From Octopus sinensis (taxonomy: Eukaryota), in NCBI RefSeq assembly GCF_006345805.1, contig NC_042997.1, positions 37,386,001 to 37,450,000 on the forward strand: a DNA stretch of 64,000 nucleotides, written 5' to 3'. The notes beneath the pieces were generated by a model. It saw only the letters and a list, made by a program, of their open reading frames with translations. It had not been told where the DNA came from and searched no databases. This document shows, one piece after another, positions 1-12,684 of this stretch. The position numbers and the translations under genes were made by a program. Numbering within the stretch: the stretch's first letter is position 1; every line of letters starts with the position of its first letter.

Positions 1-1024
1 ATATTTAAAATGCAGTATATACTACAGCATCGGGGAATCGGATAGTAGCATCTGCATATATAGAGAGGCAGTGCAAAAAGAAACCGCTTCCACTGCCTAG
101 CTACTTAACTAAAATGTCATTATTGATGAAGAAATCCAACATTGGTAAAAGAGGCGCCTGTGTATATGTGTCATTTTATTCCATTTGAATGCTGATAGAG
201 TGGAAACCAGTAAATATTTAACCATCCATCTGTTTTATTAGTTAACCTAAAACAGACTATAACACTCTATTTATGACGGTTGGGTATAATTTGGCTTCTA
301 CTTCTAGAAACTCTTTCATAATTCCTTTTTTCAGAGATGGCATTTATTTTTAGCAAACGTAAATTTATCCATACTTTTTAAACGCACATCATACTTAGTG
401 AGAAAATTAATGGGTTAATGGTTTATGATGGAGAAGATGCTTAAAGGAACTCGTTTTATTCATCATAGATATCTTATGAAACAAATAATATCAAACTCTG
501 AATACAGTGAGCAATCATGCTTCTTGTATGCATTTTATGTATGTATTCACATATTATCTATAAACAATCATCAATGTATTCTCAATGTCTCTGAAGCAAT
601 TTCTTACTGTTTCGCGAAAGCAAAGTAAAGTTATTGCATATGTATTATTTCAGAACACGGCCTCATTCATATTACTGCCATTAATCTTAATATAAAGAAT
701 CCCTATACAGAATTAAATTCCCTCCGTGAATATCTACTAAAAATATTGATAATAGCTGAAATAATTCCATATTTGTTTTTCTTGGTTATCTTCTTTTAGC
801 AAATGTAAGCTTGTTTTCAGTTTTTGATAGGTTTAATATAAATACCTATATAACGATACACGTGTTTTACGTATATGTTTTCAACTGTAAAATATGTATG
901 TAAATATGTATAATTGTAATTATAGTGCATCTTTTCCTGTAAAGTAGAAAAAAATTCAAGGTGAAATGTAGAATAATTGATTATCCTAACTCTTACCTGT
1001 ACCTTTTATATTTTATTTGTTTCA

Positions 1025-1235
1025 GCTGTTGTGTCACCGTCTTGCAAGGATTTGACGAAAAAATCGTCCCCTGTATTTATGTTGTTTTCAAGTCTGGTAC
1101 TTATTCTACGGGTCTCTCTTGCCGAACAGCTAGCTCAAGAGAACGTGACCATACCCACGCGGTTTGTCAAACGGTGATGGGGGAGGGCAGACATAAACAA
1201 AGAGACAAACACACCCACTTATACACACACGCACA
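1025..1235 (-). mobile_element. SINE family A, 3' half, diverged
   Basis: Reverse complement matches the 3' body of the full copy at 9165-9600 (ttcggcaa(g)agagacc(c)gtagaataagtacc..., gacaa(a)ccg). Confidence 0.7.
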
Positions 1236-1242
1236 CACGCGC

Positions 1243-1376
1243 ATAATCAGCCGAAATTACTACGATGATCCGGTTCTGACTGAAGACTGAGGGGTTCGAA
1301 TGTCCTGTCCATGTTTATTGTATCGTCTTCTATGAGTTATACGTTCTTGTCCATGTTGTATTTTTCTACATACCTT

Positions 1377-1378
<2 letters not shown>
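1243..1378 (+). mobile_element. Fragment of a (TA)n-abutting repeat family ('element A')
   Basis: cagccgaaatt...gatccggttctgactgaaga...ttcgaatg is shared with 12690-12880, 13040-13190 (-) and the 41311-42980 array; ends at (TA)n. Confidence 0.55.
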
Positions 1379-1468
<90 letters not shown>

Positions 1469-1499
1469 GTTGTTTGCATCCTTTCTGTCTCGGGAGACA

Positions 1500-2372
1500 A
1501 TGGAGTTACGCATAAAGTAGTCTAGTCCGCCGGCTTTTATATTTCATGTCCTGATACATTTCCTGCTGTGGCTGTGTAGTCCTATCCTGAACAAACACTC
1601 CCTCTGGCAGGTACCGCAATGTAGCGAAGACTGTTCCTGGCTGGTTGTAATGCCATAGACTCTTGTTGACGTCTCTTCTTTTCTTTCCATTTCTCCTCTC
1701 TCTCTCTCTGTCACTGCTTTGTATTCCCTCTTTTACGGTACGTCGCCTTTCTCCACGGTTGCCGGCAACTGCCTCCCAGCCGCTAATATTGATGTTGCAG
1801 GCCTTCATGTCCCTTTTGCAAACATCCTTGTAACGTAAGATCGGTCTACCCACAGACCTAGTACCCCTAGCAAGCTCTCCGTAGAGATGCCCAAGCCATC
1901 TCATACGTCTTTGTGTGAGGAGTGCAAGCATGCTTGTTATTCCTGCTTGCCTGAGGACATCTTTGTCGGGGATATGATTCTGTCATTTGATGCGGAGGAT
2001 TTTTCGGAGGCAGCGCAGGTGAAAGATATTTAGGCGACGCTCTTGGCGTGTGTATAGCGTCCAGGTCTCACTTCCATACAGTAGAGTGCTGAGTACACAT
2101 GCCTGGTAGATCTTCATTTTCGTGGTCTTGGTCAGCTTATTGTTGTCCCAAGCCCGTTTGGAGAGTAGGGCCATCGCAGCAGCTGCCTTGCCAATGCGTA
2201 TATTGAGCTCAGCGTCAAGGGATAGGTTGTAGGTGACAGTACAGCCCAGATAGGTAAACTTCTCCACCTCTTGTAATCTGTGGTCTCCAATATGTATGTT
2301 TGGGATGCTCGATGTAGCCTGGCCCATGATGTTGGTCTTCTTAAGGCTGATAGCTAAGCCAAATATACATGT
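1500..2372 (-). mobile_element. RTE-clade LINE, 3' fragment (RT C-terminal region), pseudogenised
   Basis: ORFs 1983-2444 and 1506-1931 give GLAISLKKTNIM, VEKFTYLG, ELNIRIGKAAAAM, VLSTLLYGSETW, RRMRWLGH, GRPILRYKDVCKRDMK, which are characteristic RTE motifs; frameshifted. Confidence 0.92.
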
Positions 2373-2962
2373 ATATATATATACACGCACATACATAAAT
2401 ACGCAAACACAAGCGCGCACACGCACACACATAGTCACACACACAGAGGCACATTTTCCTAAGTATTCGAGAATTCGATCGATAAAGCCGTGGGAACGTG
2501 TATTTTCACGCGCAAATATATATAAATATATATAATCCGTTCATCTAGATTTATCTCCAGCTAACCCATTTGCATGCATCGTTTTTATCCTGCTTTTCTT
2601 CCGTCAACCTGTACATAACTGCACCTTATATTTTTTGTTGTTTTTATCCTGCTTAAATGCACGCTTCTTTTTTTCAAGCTTACTTTTTAAACCATGTCTG
2701 TGTTCCCCTAGTCACCAGCCTTATCATTACTGGTAATTTAAACTCATCGGTTGCATATTTGTGTGAATAAAATCGTTTTTCTTTGGAATAGAAAAAAGTC
2801 TACCTTTATTTCTTCTTTTGCTGGTTTCTCAAATTTAGGTTATATCAGTGTTTCTCAAAGGGGGGCTATGAGACGGTCGGACAAGTTATTTTGAGAAAAT
2901 TTGGTTTAAATTTTTGACAACTCAGCACCGTCCGTTGAACGAGTAAAACGTCCGTTTAATCG

Positions 2963-3013
<51 letters not shown>

Positions 3014-3096
3014 ATAGGTGACAATTATTCGGTAGTCATGATAAAACTCCGAGTTTCGGATGCCATTGGAAAACGCTAGCGTTTTTCCGATGGCCG

Positions 3097-3157
3097 GATA
3101 ACTGAAGAGATGGCGGCGTGGATTTCCACCTCTGCATCCGAAACTCGGAGTTTTATC
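3097..3157 (+). ncRNA. Type I hammerhead ribozyme-like motif, copy 1
   Basis: Stem I GATAA/TTATC; core CTGAAGA (3102-3108); stem II GATG/CATC with inner GTGG/CCAC hairpin; one extra C; GAAA (3140-3143); near-palindromic stem III ACTC-G-GAGT; GUU site, predicted cut after 3152. Confidence 0.62.
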
Positions 3158-3284
3158 ATGGCTACCGAATAATTGTCGCTTATTACATTTACAGATAAAT
3201 TCCTCTATTTACATAATATCGCGGTCTCTTTCTTTCTTTTGTTATCTTACCATTTTTTATCAATTTATATATACATATATATAA

Positions 3285-3337
<53 letters not shown>

Positions 3338-3356
3338 CATGCATACATATATATAT

Positions 3357-3417
<61 letters not shown>

Positions 3418-3490
3418 CATAATACATAGGGTAATAATAGATTATTATTACCAGTCGCCTAGCAGAAAAAAAGCGTTTTTCCGATGGCCG

Positions 3491-3551
3491 GATAACTGAA
3501 GAGATGGCGGCGTGGATTTCCACCTCTGCATCCGAAACTCGGAGTTTTATC
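3491..3551 (+). ncRNA. Type I hammerhead ribozyme-like motif, copy 2
   Basis: Identical to 3097-3157 and 394 nt downstream; predicted cut after 3546. Confidence 0.62.
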
Positions 3552-3675
3552 ATGGCTACCGAATAATTGTCGCTCATTACATTTACAGATAAATTCCTCT
3601 ATTTACATAATATCGCGGTCTATTTCTTTCTTTTGTTATCTTACCATTTTTTATCAATTTATATATACATATATA

Positions 3676-3736
<61 letters not shown>

Positions 3737-4535
3737 ATATATACATACATGCATACATACATACATATATATATATATTATATATATATATATATATACA
3801 TAATACATAGGGTAATAATAGATTATTATTACCAGTCGCCTAGCAGAAAAAAACGAATTAGTCATTAGACTAAATATTATTCTTCCAAATAGAAAAGCGT
3901 TGTGATAGAAACAACAGTAGATATCTCAAAAACCACAAAAAATTGATAAATTCTCGAAAGGAATGAAAATTAAAAACGTTTACCACCTCAACTATTTCCC
4001 AGACCATGGTTTCTAACTATTTCCAGCAAAAACATATTCGCTGAAGGCCAGTTTTCATCAGTGGGATAGCCTTTAGATTTCAGACATACAGACAGCCAGA
4101 TCCACATGTAGAACTAACGGTTTGTATATCCTAACATTTCAAACCGCGGCGCAGACGCAGATTATACTCGGCGACAGAGAGGATGCCGGTAAATATTTCG
4201 AGCAAATTTATCAAACAATATATAAACATAATTCATAGGGTAATAATAAATTATTAGTACCAGTGGCCTAGCACAAAAAACGAATTAGTCATTAGACTAT
4301 ATATTATTCATATAGAAATACAATAAGAGGCTTCCAAATAGGAAGGTGTTGTGCTAGAAAGAGCAGTAGAAATTTCAAAAACCACAAAAAAAGGATAAAT
4401 TTTCGATAGGAATGAAAATTAAAAATGGTTACCATCTCAACTATTTCCAAGACTATGGTTTCTAAGTACTTTTGGTTGTTTTTGAGATTTCTACTGCTCT
4501 TTCTAGCAGAACACTTTCCTATTTGGAAGCCTCTT

Positions 4536-4595
<60 letters not shown>

Positions 4596-5069
4596 GGTGT
4601 GGTGTGTGTATGTGTGTATGTATATATATGTAGATACATGGATATGGCTGTAAGCAGATAGACATAGATAGGTACGTAGGTAATAAGCACAGACAAGCGC
4701 ACATGCATACGCAAATGAAGACTGAAAAACATGACCATATACACACGCACATTTCACACAAGGATGCATATGCAGACACACACCCATACACAACAGACGC
4801 ACGTACATAGTAAAAAAACCCATACACAGACACACTCATACATTCACACACAAAGAGACAGAGATGCATACACAAATACACACACATAGTCACATGCAAG
4901 CACTCACACATACAAACATACAGACACGAGCAAACACATGAATGTATACGCTATATACATTCAAACGTACAGACATGCATGCATTCATATATATATGCAT
5001 ACACAAATACATGCATACATACATACATACAGATAGACATACATGCATGCATACACACATGATAACCTA

Positions 5070-5995
5070 ATATACAAGCCCAATGATGTCGCACGACTCT
5101 ACCGCAACATATCATCAGAAAAAAGGATGAGCCAAAAAGAGCAGAAGACTATGCAGGGATATGTAAGTAGAAAACTCCGTAATGACAGTAACATCGAACA
5201 TCAAAGCAGTCTATCATGGACCAATACCCGGGTTACTGCCTCCCACTTTGAAGGATATGCACATCAACCCAAATACCGGCTGTACAAAAGAGATAGTGAT
5301 GCAGGTAAAGCAGTAAAATGTGACAACCGATGCAGACTTTGTGGAGTTGACACTGAAGATAACACCCACGTCATAAGCAGTTGTCCAAAAATGTCATTAC
5401 GTTATTATCTACCGATGAGACATGATGCTGTAGCTAGGACACTCTATGATGAAATCCGACGGAAGGTTAATCTCGAGGACACACAAATAAGACCCATAAT
5501 ATGGTAGAAGTCATAACCACTCATAATAAATAGGAATACTGGTAGAATGTACCAGTGAAGACCTAAATAAAATGTAAGCACAGCAGCCCTGATATAATGA
5601 TTTGGGATAGGGAAGAGAAAGGTGTACAGTTGTGGAAATTAGCTGCTCATCGAATGTTAACGTAAAGCTGAAGAGCAGGGGAAAAGAGAACACTACGCTG
5701 AACTACTGAGAAATCTGCAGTTACTCTATCCCGATTACAAGTTCAGGCTTATACCTGTAATTAATTAGGTCCTAGGATATGTAACACACTGCCTAAATAA
5801 CAATCTTGCTTTGAGAAATTAGGCTTCTCAAAACAAGAAAGGAGAAAGCTAATTCGAAGACTACAGATCCAATCCATCTCTGGAACTGTAAAAATCTGTA
5901 AAGCTTTCCAGAAGTTTATCGTTTAGAAATACACGAACATGTCTAAATATCCAACAGTATCCATAAGAATGAATGCATAAAACATACACATCTGC
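5070..5995 (+). mobile_element. R4/Dong-clade (REL-endonuclease) non-LTR retrotransposon, 5'-truncated 3' end
   Basis: CRLCGVDTEDNTHVISSC (CCHC knuckle) and MRHDAVA, then frameshifted SPDIMIWDREEK..VVEISC (PD..E nuclease) and LIPVII..LG; stop near 5925; short 3' UTR runs into (CATA)n. Confidence 0.9.
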
Positions 5996-6172
5996 ACCTA
6001 CATACATGCATACATACATACATAATATATACATACATACATACATGCATACATACATACATACATACATACATACATACATACATACATACATACATAC
6101 ATGCATGCATACATACATACATACATACATACATACATACATACATACATACATGCATACATACATATATAC
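5996..6172. repeat. (CATA)n microsatellite
   Basis: Direct tandem tetranucleotide run with occasional CATG variants. Confidence 0.95.
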
Positions 6173-7059
6173 ATAATACAAGAAATCTTGAAATAAACTG
6201 AATAATAACATACGCACATATATATGTCATTGCGCACGCACACTCACTCACACACATGCGCACAAACAAACAAAAAGTACGCAGCCAGGATAAAAGACAG
6301 AGGTTGCAAGATGCAACGAAAATTTTAGAAAAAATAACAAAGTAAATGAGTGGAGTGTGTTAAATAACAAGGTACTAAAAGAGAATGACTCACCCCTGAC
6401 ACAGCAAAAATATATATATGCATGTGTGTGTGTGTGCACGCACACATGCATATGCGTGTATTGTGGGTGGCATGATAAGTAGAGGAAGTGATATATACGT
6501 TTGTTTCCGTTCTGTTAAGATTAACTTCCGTTGGAATCTTTAGGGCAGTTATATTCATATATATTGGAATACCTCTTAATTAGACTACATTATATGGAAA
6601 TTGATGGCGCCCATTAACAATGCATTTGCCTACCATAGATTATAGCTGATAAAGTCCTATAGCTACCAACTAATTTTCTGTGTGACCACTAGTTGATAAC
6701 CTTTGAAATATACTAATCCATTTGCATCTTTTGCAACATAAACATTCGTTAGAACACTGAGTTTCAACGTAAGTTGGTCCCATTCATTTCAAAGTCGATT
6801 GACTCCAAATGTGCTTTCCATATGTAATGCATATAATATTGAAAATATTCAATTTCTGCATTTATTTTGAATAGTTTCATAGCAGAATCGTACAAATATA
6901 GTAGTAAATTTACCTACTGTTTAATATATCATTAATACATATTTGGTATTAAGATCAAATTACTTTAGAACTAAAGTTAAATGAAGCCTGCTTTTGTAAA
7001 CAAACAAATCCATCATAGTGGCACTTTATTCTAATAAGAAATCTGTATGTCTCCAAGCT

Positions 7060-8480
7060 CTGATTTATATGTAAGGTCTTGTAAGGTCAGAACGCATGCT
7101 ATTTTCAACATCTAATCTACTTCGTTGATTTATTTTCAGTTGTAAAAGTATTGAAAACGTTGACTCGCCAATAAATGTTGATACGAACGGAAGCGATATA
7201 AAATACCTTTTTCTCCTTCTGCTGTGTAAGAATTGCACATCAACGACCAAATATCTGTGATTTCCTTCCCATTAAATGTCCTATTAAATATATTTCTTGT
7301 GGCCGAATTAGATATTGATTCAAGGAATTCATAGTGACATTCATCAGGAACACTTATTTCAATTGATGATTTGAATGCCTTTCACATTAAATCAACTAAT
7401 CAACACAGAGTTCTGGTATGTATCGGCAGAATCCATTGTCAAGTATTATCAAATGCTCTCTAATTCCATTTTCTGCAAATTTTGGCGGCTCTTGAATTAA
7501 GGACTCTTTCTCATAGATTACACCATTTCTAATAGCGATCTTCTTCTTTTTCCAGATTGCACAGAAAGTATTTCAAGGAATCTGTTAACTTATAAAGTTT
7601 GTACTCCTCCCTGCATCTGAACATTCGGTTTACGAACATGCTAAACATTTCAAGTACATAGTGAAAACATACAATCTATTTTCAGCATGTAACCAAGCAA
7701 AACCTTCTGCCACATCGTGAGTTCCCACATGTGCGTAAATAATCGCTCGTTTACATTTTTAGAAAAACATCCTACATTTATCTGATTGGTGACGTGATTC
7801 ATGCTTTGCATTCATGTGAATGCGTAGCTTCTTAAAAATGGTTGGGTGGCAATTTGAATTGCCTGTTCGGGAACGTTCACTAGAGGAGCTGTCTTTATCA
7901 AGTGACAGGTGACTGATGGTAAGTCCTACTGTGAATGCATTTCTCTTTTGGTACTCACTTTTCACGCAAACTTGAAATCCAAAGTTTTTCCCCAACGTAG
8001 CTGGTTCTCCATCTGTATAGCACACGCAGATATTATTCCCCCAAAAGATTTTATGAATCAAAGAAAGGTTAAATATTTTCCAAACTCTCTGAGGTTACAA
8101 AGTAAACGATACAGAAACTCCGCTTTATATGAACATATCTTGAATACACCAAGAACTAGGATGACGATGGTACACCTGTTGATTGATCAAGCTGAATAGA
8201 ACATGATCAAGCTGCTGCTTAATTGAACTTCTGCACACATTGATGCTGGATAGCCCTTGATCCTTCTCTTTATAGTATTGTTCGATTTTGAAGCAACTGC
8301 TATTATTTTTCCTTTTTTTTTAATTTGATAAATTTTGATAATTAGAAATATCATCAAATTACTTTGACGAAATTTACGCTTTGGATATATTCCAAGTATT
8401 ATCGTGAGATCATTGACATCCAGCTTATATTTAGACTTAATCTCAGCCGAAATAGTTTGGTGTTCAAGCAAAAAACGTAA
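7060..8480 (-). mobile_element. hAT (Charlie/Buster-like) transposase pseudogene
   Basis: Fragments SKSNNTIKRRI, YTDGEPATLGKNFGFQVCVK (cf. CTDGAPAM.G) and LPFVSTFIGESTFSILLQLKINQRSRLDVE (hAT C-terminal dimerisation motif) occur in the correct order; many stops and frameshifts; TIRs not identified. Confidence 0.8.
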
Positions 8481-8774
8481 TAAAAATTAGAGCTTTATGA
8501 GTTTTGTTGCTTTTCGCAGTTGACTTCTCAGCCGTTTTCATTTCACAAGTTAAGTTAAGTTAATTTTTTGGCTCAAGAAGATGCCAATCTTGTTACTATT
8601 CACTTACAAATCGAAAAATTCGAAATCGTGACTTCCTTCTTTTAAACAACACAGTATTTTACCGGCAAAATTGAGTCATCTGTTATTCCTAGATACATGC
8701 AAATGAAGACAGGTTATACCTCGATGTGTTACATCAAATACATAAGACATAAAAAGGTAAGTGGACATAGTATA

Positions 8775-9012
8775 AAAATGTGTGTGCATGTGTGTCTTTG
8801 TGCCTGTGTTTCTCTCCCATCACCGTTTGACAACCGGTTTTGTTGTTTACGTTTCTGTAACTTCGCTGTGCGGCAAAAGAGGAGGATTATAAAATATGTA
8901 CTAGGCTTAAATAATATGTCCTGGGGACGATTTGTTGGGATACAAATCCCTTCAAGGGTGTGCTCCAGCATTGTCAATCAAATAAATGAAGGAAGCACAA
9001 AAGCATAAAAGA
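8775..9012 (+). mobile_element. SINE family A, 3' half, diverged
   Basis: ccatcaccgtttgacaaccg...cggcaaaagagg...gtcctggggacgatttg...gtgctccagcat matches the family A body. Confidence 0.65.
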
Positions 9013-9055
9013 ATACAATTCGAAGAAATCAGATATATATAAATTTATAAATATA

Positions 9056-9326
9056 TAATCTAGTACATACGTGTAAAAGCAGTTCTAAGTATACATTTTT
9101 AGCCCCAGTTATGTATTAGGTTTTACTTTTCAAGCCACAGGTTCGTGTAAATAAAGTAAATTAACAGGAGGCGGAGGAGTGGCTGTGTGGTAAGTAACCA
9201 ACCACATGGTTTCGGGTTCAGTCCCACAGCGTGGCATCATGGGCAAGTGTCTTCTGCTATAGCCCCGGGCCGACCAATGCCTTGCGAGTGGATTTGGTAG
9301 ACAGAAACTGAAAGAAGCCTGTCATA

Positions 9327-9375
<49 letters not shown>

Positions 9376-9706
9376 ATGTGTGCGTGTGTTGTGTGTCTGT
9401 GTTTGTCCCCCTAGCATTGCTTGACAACCGATGCTGGTGTGTTTACGTCCCCGTCACCTAGCGGTTCGGCAAAAGAGACTGATAGAATAAGTACTGGGCT
9501 TACAACGAATAAGTCCTGGGGTCGATTTGCTCGACTAAAGGCGGTGCTCCAGCATGGCCGCAGTCAAATGACTGAAACAAGTAAAAGAGTAAAAGAGTAA
9601 TCTAGTACATACGTGTAAAAGCAGTTCCAAGTATACATTTTTAGCCACAGTTATGTATTAGTTTTTACTTTTCAAGTCACAGCTTGGTGTAAATAAAGTA
9701 AATTAA
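9056..9706. repeat. ~109-bp direct repeats (9056-9164 and 9598-9706) flanking the SINE
   Basis: taatctagtacatacgtg...gtaaataaagtaaattaa occurs on both sides with about 6 substitutions. Confidence 0.9.
9165..9600 (+). mobile_element. SINE family A (tRNA-derived), full length
   Basis: A-box-like tggctgtgtgg and B-box-like gggttcagtccc; conserved body with central (TA)/(TG) tract; taaaagag tandem tail; at least 8 related copies in the window. Confidence 0.9.
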
Positions 9707-9995
9707 GAGAAATAACGAAAATATTTAGACAAGCTATACGCTGTAATGATCGGTTTGACGGCGTTATAGTGGGTCATACATCTGAAAACACACTCCTGAG
9801 CTGAAGCATTAGCTTTTATACATGCAGCCAAACAAACACACACACACACAGTAACGCATATATTCATGTGTGTGTATGTGTACGTGTGTGTGTGTGGTTG
9901 TGCTTTATTTGAATGTTTCAATATAAAATGGACGACATGTTTTGAAAATCTGAGGGCAAAAGAAATATTAGTTTGTTACCTGTAATTTATTTACC

Positions 9996-10036
9996 AGTTG
10001 TAATATTTCGGGACTAAAACCCTTCATCAGAAGGCT
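9996..10036 (-). ncRNA. Degenerate minimal hammerhead-like motif
   Basis: Minus strand CTGATGA-A-GGG-ttttagt-CCC-GAAA-TATT; palindromic stem III AATATT; stem I does not pair well. Confidence 0.42.
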
Positions 10037-10773
10037 GAGGGGAGGAACAGTTTGGAGCTGTGTGTCACTGTTATTATAGTCTCATCTTGTTGCTGTCTCT
10101 GTTTTTAAGTTTTTTTCTCATTGTAGTCGCCAGGAATATGAAGATGAAATCATGTGTGGACTGTCAGAAAATAGTGTTCGCATGGTACAAAAGTGCGCAT
10201 TTTTGAAGCCTTCGAATAATGCACTACTTTATACGTACATTACACACAATGTTTCAAGCAAGCTATATATATATATATATATGTTTGTATGTATGTATGT
10301 ATATATATATATATGTATGTATGTTTGTATTTATAGTCACACGGATATATATATTTATATAGATATATATATAAAGGGCGGAAGACCTCATGAGCAGTCA
10401 ACGATCATCAAAAAATATGTATACATGTGCATGTATGCATGTGTGTATGCGCTGGTACTTAGAAATATACGGGTTGATGTTGTAGCTTGCGGTTGGCCCA
10501 CTCGGAGTGCGATGTCGACGTGTTGTTACATTTCCCTAGGAAAAGGCCACTCTGAGAGAAAAACTGCGACATTGAAAATATTCGATGATGTAGACTAGTT
10601 TTGCTTTTCGAGTTTCATGTTCAGAAACTGGAACTGCGCAAATTCTCTCCCGAAAGTTAAAAAAGATCATCATGCATCAGCATTGCTTGAAAACTAAAAG
10701 TAAGGTCTATCACATGGCTGGTCGTATATTTCGCATTGCGATGGCAATACTCGGACGCGAGTTTGTGGCAATC

Positions 10774-10810
<37 letters not shown>

Positions 10811-10984
10811 CATATTAGAGGGGAATCACTATGTGGACACCGTTATGCTAGAAAGAGATCCGCTATGGTCTTACCAATAAGAAATGTTCTCAAGAAAAAT
10901 TTAGCAAAACAACCAAAACGTAATCGAGCAAGACAAATATATATATATCATATAGGCGAAGAAATCGACTCCATGACTTCTTTG

Positions 10985-11160
10985 TATGCCTAGTCTTCTA
11001 TGAGAGCCATTTGCCGAACCGCTAATTTAACGGTTATGTTGCCAAAGGAACATCGGTTGTCAAGCGATGATGAGAGGGACGAGCACCGACACAGACACAA
11101 CTACACACATACACACACGCACACATACACATATACACACATACACATATACACACACAG

Positions 11161-11200
<40 letters not shown>

Positions 11201-11245
11201 GTACGACAGGCTTCATTCGATTTCCATCCACCAAATGTTGGTGTA
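10985..11245 (-). mobile_element. SINE family A, partial
   Basis: gccgaaccgctaa...catcggttgtcaagcgatg...tacgacaggcttc...ttccatccaccaaat is the reverse complement of the family A body. Confidence 0.7.
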
Positions 11246-11429
11246 TAAAGAAGTACAGTGGCGAAAGTAAGGACAACCTTCGATGTGGCAGTGACCACAG
11301 TCAGATGCAAAAGGGCTAGCAGCCTTGCCTATCATCGGTATTCTTCCCTCTGCCGTAAGGCTTCATGTCCACACACGCCACCTGAATTCAATTCGTCCCC
11401 AGTCGAAAGACGGCTGTTGTTATGTCATG

Positions 11430-11456
11430 TTATCATTATTATTATTATTATTATTA

Positions 11457-11511
<55 letters not shown>

Positions 11512-11565
11512 CATCATCATTATTATTATTATATTATTATTATTATTATTATATTATTATTATTC
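11430..11565. repeat. (ATT)n microsatellite
   Basis: Direct trinucleotide run; a second run lies at about 12530-12600. Confidence 0.95.
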
Positions 11566-12495
11566 AGTAGTATATTTTTATAGCGTGCCTTCACTTCACT
11601 ACCGAGCACAGCTCTGTGCGCCTTGGCTATGTGCTGTGATTTGTTGTGATGCTCTGATGGTTATTGTATGGAAAGTGTTCTGCGTAGGATGTGTGCAGTG
11701 CCTAGTAGTGCACTTTTTTGTATGTTATATGTGTTTGTAAGTCCTGGTGTTTTTGTTATGTCTGAATATTTTTTTATCATGCCTAATGCACCTACTACGA
11801 TAGGAATTGTTTCTGTTTTTAGATTCCACATTCTAGTTGCCTCTATTTCCAGGTCTTTGTATTTTGAAAGTTTCTCCATTTCTTTTAGAGACACGTTGTC
11901 ATCCGCTGGTATTGATACATCAATTAGAAAGCATTTTTTCTTCATGATCTCTGACAACTATATCTGGTCTGTTGGCCTTAATTTCTCTATCTGTGTGTAT
12001 CGGCATATCCTAGAGTATGGTTGCTTTCTCGTTTTCTGTGACCTTTTCTGGTGTGTGCCTATACCATCTTTTTTCTGTTGTTATTCCATAATGTTGGCAT
12101 AGTTTCCAGTGTATATAGGTTCCAACTCTGTCGTGTCTGTGAATATATTCATTCTTAGCCAGGACTGGGCAGCCAGAGATAATATGATTTATTGTTTCTT
12201 GTCCATCTCCACAAATTCTGCAGTTACTTGTTATATTTCTTTTCATTACATGTTTTTGGTAATTTCTGGTGGGGAGGTTTTGGTCTTGTGCTGCAATTAA
12301 AAATCTTTCTGTCTCTGCTTTGAGACCTGAGCTTCTCAACCATTGTTGGGATTTTTCTTTGTCTATTTCTTTTGCATTTAGTTTAGTCCAGTATTTGCCA
12401 TGAAGGGGCTTTTCTTGCCATCGTTTTATCATGGCTCGTTGCTGTTCTATTTTTAGTTTGGATTTCATTTGTTTTATAGCTTTTGTTGTTTCTTC
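11566..12495 (-). mobile_element. Dong-like (R4 clade) non-LTR retrotransposon, 5'-truncated, embedded in (TAA)n
   Basis: KPLHGKY, KAETERFLIAAQDQ, CRICGDGQETINHIISGC, RHDRVG, CFLIDVSIPADDN..KEMEKLSKYKDL, IPIVVGALG, LLGTAHILRRTL; (ATT)n runs on both sides. Confidence 0.93.
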
Positions 12496-12529
12496 ATCTT
12501 CTTCTTCTTCTTCTTCTTCATATTTGTTA

Positions 12530-12600
<71 letters not shown>

Positions 12601-12684
12601 TTTATTGTATGTTGAATTTATATTTGTGTAACTTCGTCTATTTTTCCGTCCTTGTTTCCGTATATATTCGATACTAATGCTCAT

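Larger units (their letters stand above)
3020..4540. mobile_element. Penelope-like/retrozyme-like composite: partial tandem repeats with inverted segments, bounded by (TA)n
   Basis: 44-bp inverted repeat 3020-3063/3135-3178; 394-bp tandem units 3078-3470 and 3472-3860; diverged repeat 3797-4030 vs 4230-4470; ~65-bp inverted repeat 4320-4385/4475-4540; contains HHR motifs. Confidence 0.6.

Noticed and set aside
29-144. Possible coding exon SGNRIVASAYIERQCKKKPLPLPSYLTKMSLLMKKSNI
   Set aside because: One open frame with AG/GT ends, but weak splice context and no recognisable homology.
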